This document shows positions 12,501-24,500 of a stretch of 64,000 bases of DNA, piece by piece. The stretch's first letter is position 1, and each line of letters starts with the position of its first letter. Position numbers and translations under genes: made by a program. Source of the stretch: Balanoglossus misakiensis (taxonomy: Eukaryota > Animalia > Hemichordata); assembly GCA_040954595.2 (NCBI GenBank), contig CM082579.2, positions 5,693,625-5,757,624 of the forward strand. Direction: 5' to 3'. The notes beneath the pieces are model-generated. The model did not search any database. It was given only the letters and a program-made list of their open reading frames with translations, and was not told the DNA's origin.

Positions 12501-15500
12501 AAGTACCCTGATCACCCGAGTCAAAGTTTCACTGACAGTGGCAACAGCTAGTATATCATTCCACTTTTATTACATGCAAAACTACCATGGCTTGACTTTC
12601 TGGGAATGAACACAAATTTCCTGTGTCATCAGAGGCTCAGTGAGGACATAGTTGTACATTTGGTGCCACACACACATTTCAGACGACTGCTTGCACTCAC
12701 TGAAGAGTGAAAATGAAAACGAAAAGACAGTGACATGATCTACGTGTATACAAATACAGATACATAAAACATGCTACAAACATCCAAATGAGATCATATT
12801 CAAATTGGTTTACCTTTCCCTGTGTTATACATGACGGCAGGAGGAAGAAGAAGGAGAAGGGATAGAAAGATGACGTGTTGTTAGTATACAGCTAGGAGAC
12901 AAAACAGTGACCGTTATTCAGACTGTGTGCTCGACTTCAGTTGGTGCAATGAAGTCCAGATCACATGACACGACAAAGGTTTCATGATCACCTTGGCTTG
13001 GGATGAACACATGTATTAAAGAGGGAACTACAAGAATTTAGCACAGACACAGTATGATTACATGATGTTCCTTTACATAGCTCATGTTTGTACAGTTTCA
13101 AATAAAAAATTCTGATTCCTTGCAACAGAAACACTCATACTCTCTTCTCTCATACTAACCATCACACAAATTCCATTTCTGTCACCCTAAAAAATCAACA
13201 ATCAGTACATTTATTAAGAACTATACTTCAGAATTCTTGTGTAATTATTTGGACTGCGAACACAGTCATATGTTGAGGGTGTGGACAGTATGAATGCAGA
13301 TCCACGAGATCATATACTGTCCTGAAGCCAACAAGAAAGATTGCTTCAATTGGTTTGGGCACAGATCCTTAATCAACAAGTACCAATTTCCTGAGTCGAA
13401 AGTAAATTTATCCCGGTAAGACATAAAACTAGTTATTACCATTCAGAATTTTGATGCACTATATAATTTTACATTGTGCGTTCAATGCTTAGGGATGCCT
13501 CTTAACGGCCATGGCAATAGCTTTATTTCTTACCTTATATGGTAACACATGCACCCAACCTTCTGAATATGTACTAGCAAATTTTATGGCCAAACGAAAG
13601 CTCCTGACTATGTATTAGGCTCTTGGCCAATCGGAGTATGCATCAGTTTTGCATAAATCAATAATTACTGATGATACAAAATTTACTATGTTGGAAAATG
13701 AGGCAGTTGGAATAGGCCTTTTTGCCTTTCAATCTTCGGAAAGTTTTCGTATGGAATAAAAAAAATAGATTTAAACTGTCCCTGTCATGAGACTATACTT
13801 ATCAAACTAAAATGTCAACCTTTAATATCATCTTGTTGCAGGACAAATTTGCTGCCTCCCTCGCTGATGAAAATTGTCACCTTCTGGGAGAAGTACTCCT
13901 AGTATCAAACACAGAGACATTTCGCAAGCACCATCTAACAATTCGCTTTTCATCCCTCCCCAATTCCATTTCATTAGTGCTCTGAATGCGCTTTCAAAGG
14001 AGTTTGGTGTTGAACAACAACAATAAAAGAAAGGTTGGAATTGTACTCGGGATGACTATGGATTGCTTCTTGCAGAAGAAATGAATGCTATCTGATTAAC
14101 ACCACGTAATTGTGTGAACTCCCTACTGGGGCTGGAACAGTGAGAATGTTATCTACTGCTGACAGTCTGGACAGGACTTCATACATATTCCACCTGCCTA
14201 CTGGGACATAGCTACATGTATGTACGGCCAGTATTTTTTTGTTTAATTTCCTGAACCTGAGCCTCAACCTACCTACTTGTTCTTATCCACAATCGGCAAC
14301 ATCGTGAATTTTTTTATCTTACCTCCAGTCGATAGCTAAAGATTAGGTCAAACAGCTTTGCAATCCAAGTTTCATTATGTTCAAAAGTACACCATACCTT
14401 TTATTATTAGGTACAGATACTAGGTACAGAGTACTGAATGATTTTAATATTTTGCAATGGGCAACTCTATAATCTACTTTGGTGAATTAAAATCTATCCA
14501 AATCTACCTGTGTGTGTATATATACTTGTGTTAATACCACAAACATAGCTCCTCAAAGAGGAACGTGCCATACTGGTTCCATTTTCAATTTGTCTCTTTG
14601 TCACAAATTTAAAGCCCAATGGCAAACTAAGAAGTTTGACAACGTGATTGGGCAGCAAGCATTCATGCCTGCAAAACACCAAGGAAACTCCAACCCTCAG
14701 AGCCCTTCCTTTATGTTTTTGTTTCATTTGATTGGTTTTTTACAACGGCAGAAAAATCACGCTTTCAGAGTCATCTCAATGCAAAGACTCCACTAATGAA
14801 GGCTTATAGGCGATAATGGAATTTGAATTGGAGCGTCATAAAAAGGGGATATCAGGACTGGTGAAAGGAACTCAAATATTACACTACGAGTTAATAATTT
14901 CCAGTTGGTGCATTTATAGTAATATCTTGGGAGGAGAAACCCACAATAATTCCATGCAGTTTCGCATAAGAAATGTATACTGACACTTTAAATACTTATA
15001 ACTACCCTTTCTCTTTGCGGCAAATCTCTTGGTTCAAACACACAAACCCCAGAGTGGACAGTTTTCAAATCTGTCTGTCACACAGAATGCGACATTTTTT
15101 TTCTTTTCTCTTAATAAAGCCTACATGGCGGTGCAGAAAACGCAGTGAATTTATTGCGTCAAGTTCCAGACACTGCGGATGTGCTGGGATTGTTAAGTGG
15201 GCACATGTGACAACCCAAATGAATTCCCTCGTTTATTCTGCCTCAGCTCAAAAGATACAGAACACGTAATTACCAATCTTATTCCGTGACTTGACCGGAA
15301 TGGCAATTTCGCGGAATTGCCAAAACACTATTTTTTTCTCTCCAAGAGACCTGTGGGCGTAGGAATCCTAACAGCAAATGTGGCACTCTCTCTGTTCTGC
15401 ATTAAATTTTTACTGCGGCTACACCTGGTGCGTGTTATTCACTTTTCCGTCGCTGATTAATGCGGCTTAATATTACATCTTTAAGTCAGACTCGCGAGGT

Positions 15501-18500
15501 GGCGATCTGGTTGTTACGGCAACTGCATCTTACGTAATAGCAAGATAATACACCATCACATCTGGAATTACCCTATTGCACATTTTAAGTAGATTCAATT
15601 ATGTCTAATGCTCTCTCTCACATCTGATGTAAACACTGATTTACAAAAAAATTGCTTGAATGTACAAATAAACATCCAAAAAAGAACACGCAATATGGCC
15701 TCACACTGGGAACTGCCGTTCGCCGGAATCATGTCATGAAAAGATGTCCCAGTTTACATCACGCAAGCATAACTCTCTCAGACAATCAAATGTGATTTTC
15801 GTCATACAATCGCATCTATTTTCGCAAACCGGTTCATTGAAAGATGCCGTGATTGGAAGATGTCTGGCTGTGAAAGAACTGCACAGCCTTATTACAAGAA
15901 CACATACATGTAGCGAGCATGACAACATACTGTGTCATGGAACTGTACTATACATGAAAGGATGGAAATGTACAGACACATGAACGAAGAATTTCAATTA
16001 CACAGGCAGGGATGGACTGACAAAACAAACCAAGCATTAAATTCTTTTCTCACCTTCCGTTGTCTCTACCAACGCCCCACACTCTGATTTCACACACGGG
16101 TTGTGAGTTGAGTACGCTGCTGTCTGACACATCCACTAACTTCAAAAAGTCTTCCTCAAGTACCATGTACATATCTTTGCCCTGGATAAAGCACGCGGAA
16201 AAACAAATATCAACTACTCATGAAAACAAATTTTTCTGTAATAATATTGCTCTTATTTTGTCATTTTCATCCCTCAAAATTATAGACTAATTATCTTTCC
16301 GTCACTTTTTCCATTACAAAGAATCGCAAAATACTTACCTCTCCCCAAATACCAGCTGTGTCTCTAATGTCGTTTTTTCTATACGATAGTTGTCTGATGC
16401 AATTATTTACAGCTACGCTACTCTTTCCTGGGGACAGATCCACTTCGTCCATTTCAACCCATCCCAACGAACGCACGTGGAATCGGATAGCCTGCCACGG
16501 AAAAACGTAAAACAATACATGATCAGTAGACTTTTCCCAACATTTGTAACACTGTGTGGTACTCATACAATTTGAACGTCGGCTCCTAGGTCAGTTGAAA
16601 AACAAAACACGCTACAATTTCAAAATGTCAAAAAATTGTCTCTCGGCAGTACCTTTCTTCCGGCATGACTGGGGCTGTGGTGTGGTTTGCCAGACGGTAT
16701 GTTGAGCGAGGCGTATCTGAGAGTGGATTCCTGGAAATCCTTGAGACTGGAGTCTGGATCTGAGTTTGTGCCTCCACCAGGCTGGCCAACATGGAGATGA
16801 GAATAGTTCTGTAAAGTGGCAGACAAAAACAGTAATAGTTATTTTCCACACGAGTAAAAGTGTTGCAATACAAAGCAGAATACAATCGGTTTCAATAAAA
16901 CATGTACTTATCTATGATAGTTACACTGTGTTGTAAGTTGTTTTGTGTGGTTTGATAGAGTTGGCCATATTCTGGTTGCAACCAATTTATCATTTTTGGT
17001 TCAATTTATTTATTTGTATGTTCCCTGTAAATGTGGAGAACTGGCTGATAATTGCCCTTCGGTAAGCATGTAGTCCATTTTTCATATTTGATATTTGAAT
17101 GTATGCTTCATTTATTCTTAGCATCTTGTACCAACAAATTCTTTAATAACCTAGTCCTTTTTTTGCCCCAGGACCCAAACACAACAGAGCCAAAATATCA
17201 CCTGGTGGGGAAAAATCTGTGGCGACACGAGACAATCTAAATTTAAATCTTACGAAATCAAATCAATTTGCGATTCCATTCATGAAGACAAACTCATCAT
17301 CTACCATGAACCGTCGGGTCATTTCACAATCTTCATTTGGGTGAGCTGTCTTATTATCCACGCCAGTCCTATCATTTCACATCATTAATATTCATGCACC
17401 AAGTTAATTACATATGGAGAAGACTTTAAATATTCAGCGATTCAAAGTGAGTAGGGGGATATATTCAACGAGGCCATGCCCCACATATCGTTTGTCAAAG
17501 TACTGACACAGTAGCTACAAAAGTTCTTACTGCCCTAAACTTGCAGTGCACCCATCAATATATTTTTCTCAGAAAAAATATCTTGGTGTATCAGATTGTT
17601 ATATCTCGTTCACAAACGTCATGTTTAGAGTCAATTTCAGCAGTTAAAAGTTCGGTAACGATAATCTCCTGATACATGTATGTTCTGGCATGTGCCCATA
17701 CCGACTGCAAAATACACACACATACATGTACACCATATATTTTCTTTTTCTGAAGACATCTGATCAACCGCACACTCAACTCTGATATTTGTTCTCTGCC
17801 AAGGCTCAGAAGGAGCAGGGTATGACTGATTGGTATGCAGCCCCAGCGAGTCCAGAGACGATAAGACAATATGCAGTGGACCAACACTACACACAAAATG
17901 CAGCAGCTTGTAAAATGTCATTTGAACAGCAGCAGCTGCGCTGAATACTGATTCCGCACTCCAACGTGCGAGCAAAAAAGAAACTTTCGTAGCCGGGGTT
18001 TTGAGCCCTGACTAATGATGTGAATAGCAAACAACCGCGTGTCACTCACGTCTCGTGAAAGACAAGGTTTGCGTCTCACTCGCCTTTAAAGCGCCTCATC
18101 AGCCAAGCACTTCACTTTTAACTGTTTGTATTAGTAGTTACGTTTTCTTTTTTCAAAAATTGAGTCTCTGACAGGTAAATATATGACAGCTGGGCAGACA
18201 TTTCATTGTGTGGCCTTCTAGCTCTGCCGGATCGTTTTATAAAGAGCTCTGGTGTGCGTGTGAAGTGTAAGCTGGTTCACAGCATCCACTCTGCCCAGCT
18301 ATGCGTGTGCGTCTGCACCGCAGCGGGCAGCCACAGGAAATTGGTGGTACCAGCATTCAAGTGTGATAGAACCTGCCCCAGCTCAGGTGAAGATTTCAGA
18401 CACAGGCACTGGCAGAATATGATATTCTTCAGTGAAGCCTGTGGAATTGACTGTAACCGTGCCAACCTGGCACTATGGATGCAAAGATCGTACATGTATG

Positions 18501-21500
18501 TTTGCAAATTCTTTCCTGAACACACTGCATGTGAAATCAATGTCCCTGGCAGGTGACTGGCAAAATCATTTCAAGGGAATTTCTTTATTGCGTGAATGAA
18601 CCAGATGCATATTTTACCAGTGAGGCATTTTGACATCATCTTTGGAATTCTCTCTTTCTCTCTCTCTCAAGGAATGTCTCTGTCGGTCTAGTCAGGCATG
18701 AATGAAATAAATCGATTTTCAAGGTTGCTGTCACCATTCTGCATTTCAGGCCGCTGCTGTCTTCATTTAAGATAGCCTAGTGTTTTGCAAGATTTTATTT
18801 CAGGCATTTGCGTTTTGTGTCATTGGGACCCCCAGTGCAGATGAGTGTAACAGATATCTCACTGTCCCAGATTTGAAATTTTTTGCTTGCTGGTCATTAT
18901 GTATCAATATCTGATTGTCAAACACTCTATTCTTCCAGATTGATCCTTGCCACTTCGGTTGAACTGTGACAGTTATTTAAGTTTATACTTTCCTCAAATC
19001 TGTCTCATTCTGCTGGATAAGCTCTGATCCAACACAGGCTGATCTACATGGACACACAATACCAGCTGTGACCCAGACCGCTCTTGAACTCAAGACATGT
19101 GATTGCAACGGCAGCCGTGGAGACAAGGTTTACAGGATATACAGCTTGGATAGCCCAGATTTACACAGGGAATCCACCGGGGGGAAGTCTGTCCCGACGC
19201 TGTTTATTCTCGCATCAATCACGACCAGGTTGCCGCGCGCCGCTCGGGAGAACTCCCCAAACTCAAACTGACAACCCTAATCCAATAAGAGGTTCATTTT
19301 TAAAACAACACACAGGCATGCACCATACACGCACACAGCCTGCGCTGCGACAGAGACGTTGGCACACACGCCTCGCTGCCCGGGTTAATTCCATCGCGGT
19401 CCCAGCATTAAAGTTTGGCGCCTCGCAAAATTGGCAAAATCGAGCACGCGTTCCCGCCGTCTGCCAGGGGATTTCCGTAGCTTTTCCCTCTGACATCACC
19501 ACTCCGGATTCCAACGCAGCAGGAGCCGGACCAATTGACTGGGAAAGCCAAAATCGAATAAGTCTTGGCGAATCCCCCGGGTCAATATCTGAAGGACCCT
19601 AAGCGCTGTACTTCTGTCATAATTTTAAAATATGGTTATTCTATTCTGCAGCGTCTAAGGACTCTCAATTGAGGAAGCAGATCAATTGCCTGAGATCATT
19701 ACAGCCGCACTGATACTAGACTATTGCCTCCCAATTCATGTTTATCTTTACATATTTTGTAACAGAGATTGTCGAGATTTACATCTCTCTCTTCACATCT
19801 AAACAAACTAAAAAAAGGGACTGAGTCCATACTTTGTTCGGTGAATTTAGGGCACGATAATTCCATACCCCTCAAACAATTATGATGAGGTACGTGAAGC
19901 GGAACTAAAATGTGATCAATATTCCACCGTCGTATATACCCGATCTTTATTCCATGTCAGTAAATGGAACTTAACCACGCTAAGTACCGTCATTTAAGGA
20001 AAACATCAGATGAAAACTAAACATCTCTCTCGCCCCTCTCAGGAAAAAAAATTAAAACGTGGATTTTTCTGTTGACGGATAATGAGAGTGTGAAGGCTAT
20101 AATTTGTTAATGGATCGCCTGGCAATAACACTGGAAGTGGATTATGGCCTGAGCTTGTTAGAGGAACTGGAGAAGTAAAATGTGAATTGACTATCAATTC
20201 CGTCAGACAGTCTGTGTCTACAGAGACATTGGCAAACACTGGAGAATAAAGTCGTGCTGCTCTAGAAAATCTACACTGTCCCTGGTGCACGTTCATGAGA
20301 ATGGCACGGTTGGCTTTTGTGCAAACTTTCGTCATTTTCCCCCAAAGAAAACTTCTTGAGAAATTTTCCATGTTGTCTGATAATCAAAATGTGCTGAATT
20401 AGTCATATCTGAGAACATTTATATATGTTATGCATTGTTTGTATGAATGTACATGTATTTCTCTGATGACCAATAATTCAATGTAATTCAGTTTTTCGGG
20501 GAACAACAAAATAAATACCAGAACCAAAAAGAATATCAAAGGTGAGAGGATAAAATGCCATACATCCTTCAGCAGCACAGACCTGAACAAAGTATTTTTT
20601 TTAACATACAGGAATGCAGGATTACATTTTGCTATTCCCATATGTTACATTCACTGTACGGAACGGCAGGATTATCAGACTCTCGAGTTTTCAATACAGT
20701 TCTGGAAATACTCTTAACCAGTGCAGGAATTTTTATGATGCTTTCCACAGGTAAATCATGAAGCGCATCCAACTGACACTCTTGAGAGGTCATGCCGGTG
20801 CCATGGGAGGTCACACCCAGTCAATGCGTATGATTCATGGCCATGCTGCAAGTACGCATAAATATGCATATGTACACGGTCGGTTTTCAATCAAATGGAA
20901 ATCAGTCGCATATCCTTAACGGGCCCGATGCTTCGCAAGATTCTAACTGAAGACAGAGAGACCTGTATCAGTCACTAAGAACGGTAACCTTTGCAGTCTT
21001 ATCGACTTTCCACTGAGCATTCACAGGCAATTAAAGTATTGCCCGAGTACGCTTAAAAATCGAGGGGACTCTTTCGTCGAATCAATGGCAAACGCTTGCA
21101 GACAACGCGCGAGTGAAAGTCTGGCAAATTTTTGATGCGTACGTTCCACCACTTGATATACTGACCACTTTGCGTGAATTGTTGGAAATAATCTGCTTTT
21201 AATACACCTATCTGACATACATGTACGTACAAAGGATTCATGGGAGAAGCATGCATGCACATGCATGCATACACACACAGACACACAGACACAAGAAAAT
21301 AATCATCATGCTTTGCTTGCAAACACAATATAATATAGACAGGACTTTGGGACAAAAAAACTGCTATGCCCTATAGATACATCAATATTGCAGAAATATG
21401 CGAGTCGAAACAGCAAGCAGCCCAAGGACCCAATCAGACGTACGTAATGATAACACCACTGAGGTACCCACTGCTTTGGGGATTCCACTGCTCTATGCTT

Positions 21501-24500
21501 TCAATTCCTGGAACTGTACCTACTTGTCCACATGAATCATGCGTGTACACTCGAGTTTAATCAAGAAACTCTCTTTCCGGGCAGAATCTCGCTCAACAAA
21601 ATTTACAATAATTCAACAACCGTGTACCTGCAGGAATTGACAACCCTCATTCGGCTATATTCCATTTCATCGCATGCCGAGGTGTCAATTTCAAATCATT
21701 TTTCCCCAGATAATGGTGGAATTTGGAAACTACCGCAAGCTTGTTATTACTCTGATAGGTGAAGTGAAAAAGCCACCTGCTTCCAAACAGTGAGAGGTTT
21801 AATACACAACATAACTATAAGCAAATGAAGAGCTTACAATAGAAACACAATATCTCTTCCAAAAACCCATTGATTTGTTGATTAAAGCAACCAACTGAGG
21901 GCCACAAACAGATACATGTATGTCCATGCTAAGAATTATTTCCTGAACATTTCTTTCCTCTGTTGGGCAGAGCCTACTGACGATCCAAACATCCAGGAGT
22001 AAATTTAACCTCTATCAAACGTGTACATGTACATATTCAGTCGTACATATTTAATCTGGCATTTCAATACTGTGTCTTGGCATTGCTGAGATAATTAAAC
22101 ATATGTACGATGAAATTGTCATTCTTATACCTATGGGGAAAATATGTATTTTTCCTCTGGAGAGAACTGAATGCCTATATATCTGACCCCCCTAAAAGCA
22201 TTTCCCTGGGTTTTTATAGCAAACATGTAATCAGAATTCCAGAGGCCAGATTGAACTCTAGTTAGTATTCGCATCTACCCTTCTACATGCTGGGGCCGAG
22301 ATTAAATCAATTGCTATCGACTGAAAATGTCAGGAGTTAAAGCAATCACATGAAGGTAGAATACGTAATCCTGTTAAAACAAGTCACACAATTCATCTAG
22401 CCCAGTAATCACACAGGGACAAGTACTCTGTCTGAATATGGAAATTGATCGTCTTGGCTTTATGGTTCTGTTTCACATTTTGCTTTTCTCTGAATTTCTT
22501 CCCTTTTAGTGGTGTCTGGTCTGGAGTCGGACCGGATCAGCAAAGTGGTGGAATTTCTGATAGGCTAATTATTTTTGTCATAAATTTTCTGCGCACAGAG
22601 GGCTTGCATGTTCACCAACAACAAGAACTCTCCCAGCTAACAACTTTCATCTTTAAACAGAGCATGTCTTTTGGGAGCTACATGTACTGATCACATTTCT
22701 GTGTTTCCGTGATGAATATGATAGCAAGGGATTAGCGTGACAGGACTGGGTATAAACAATGTTCATTATGAACTAACCAGCTATTCTGAAGACCATTTGC
22801 CTTCCCCCATCTCTACCTTTCGTACCTTAACAGTCAGGTGACCATTTTCTGTGAATTCACTGAGTCATAAACATCACAACTTCTCCAACCTGCTTTATTT
22901 TTCTTTCTTTTTTTTGTTTTTGTCGAGGTTGGGATGACTCAGCTTGTTGCTATATGAATCAGCCCATTCAAAATTCATACCGTTAGGTGTACTCCAGTCT
23001 TTTACATTGATTGGCAAATTTCCTTGTTAACGATGATGTACACACACTCTGTTTTCGTCCTTCTCCCCGTGGGCCACCCAAAGCAAACACAGTGAACCAT
23101 TTCATCAGAGCCATCGCTTAGCTAACATGTACAAGCCATTACCTAGATACACAGCAAACAGAGTCGCTGGCTAAACTCTCGAATCACTGAATTAAATCCT
23201 TGAATTGTCGTCAACAAAGTTTGAAATACTTCTGCCAGCCATGATAAGTATCAACATTTAATTAAAATGCAAATGTTCGGATATTGCAAGTTCCTCAATG
23301 GGAGGCAACTCATAGGATTTCATATCTTTAAAATCAAATCACCAGTACATGTACACAGTTTCATAATCCTCTGAATTTCTCAGAACGATATTTTGTTCAT
23401 GTAACAAGACTTTGAAAATAACTTTCCCAAGCCCCCATTCACTCACTTCATAGCAGAGACCATTTTCCATGATAGGTCAGAAACATACATGTCCATATGA
23501 ACCATAGGCTAACAGAGTTTGATATTTCTGTAATGGTCACATGATTAAAAAGTTAATAAATGTCACTTGCAGAAGCGAAAATTCAATTTATAGAAGATGG
23601 AAGATATGACAACACCAGTGGGGTCTCGGATGACGTGGGCATGTTAAGACAGTCTGCGCCGTAAAACTTGTTAAAAATCATAAATGCCTGGCCCTTCCTG
23701 TGCGCTGATACTCGCAAGACATCGCTAATGCAGTTTCTTGCATGTCATGAATATCAATGAAGCCACTTCAAGTGGTGCATCTCATCCTGTCCAGACTGTT
23801 CTGATGTCTCGCGTTTGTTTTGAGCAGGGGCTGTACTTGTTGGAAAAAATCCACTGTTTGGGCTGTCATGCTTCTATATTAAATAAGGTTTAGATTTCAT
23901 TTTAATCTATCAAATATTGTCAAGTGACAGATTTTTACAAAATTTCTAGCTCCTCAGTGGGAGAAAAATCCCTTCTTTTGTAAGATGCTGTTAACTGCGT
24001 TTTCTGTCTATTCTTTCAACTTTGGTAACTTTTCCCTACTATTACTTGACTTATTAATAGATACCGTTCATTTGTTCTGTTCATTAAGTCAATATTCCGC
24101 ACACACAAAATTAACACCGGTTTAATTTTTTAATGCGAGTCTGATTGGTTTCCTTCTCCTGATACAATACTTCTAAGACAAACAAATTAAAAGCTGTCAA
24201 ATGGTGACTCACACCTATCAAGTTCAATATTGTCTGCTCTCCGGTACGTATTCAGTTAAAATGATGTTTCTATTTTTAGAGTTAAGCCGTAAACATGTCT
24301 GAGGTTGAAAGTGGTCACCGCGCAAGGTCACTGAGGAAGCAATAACAGGTCCTGTCCAATCAAGCCTCCTGACGTTTATCTCCATCAATCTCTAAATTCA
24401 GACGATGAAAAATCAGTAATCTTCAGGCTAACTCCAGAGGGGGAATGTAATATAACAGAAGGAACTTAAATTCTGCCAATTTTGTCTTAAGTTGGCAGCT

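Noticed and set aside
14323-14335. 13-nt AG...GT segment (ctttag|CTATCGACTGGAG|gtaaga) in the microexon intron
   Set aside because: Frameshifting, weak pyrimidine tract and no homology support. It could only be a poison exon, which I cannot support.
17637-17975. 112-aa minus-strand ORF as an alternative first exon
   Set aside because: No good donor in phase 0 to join exon 16653-16808, and the ORF runs into TG-repeat-like sequence.
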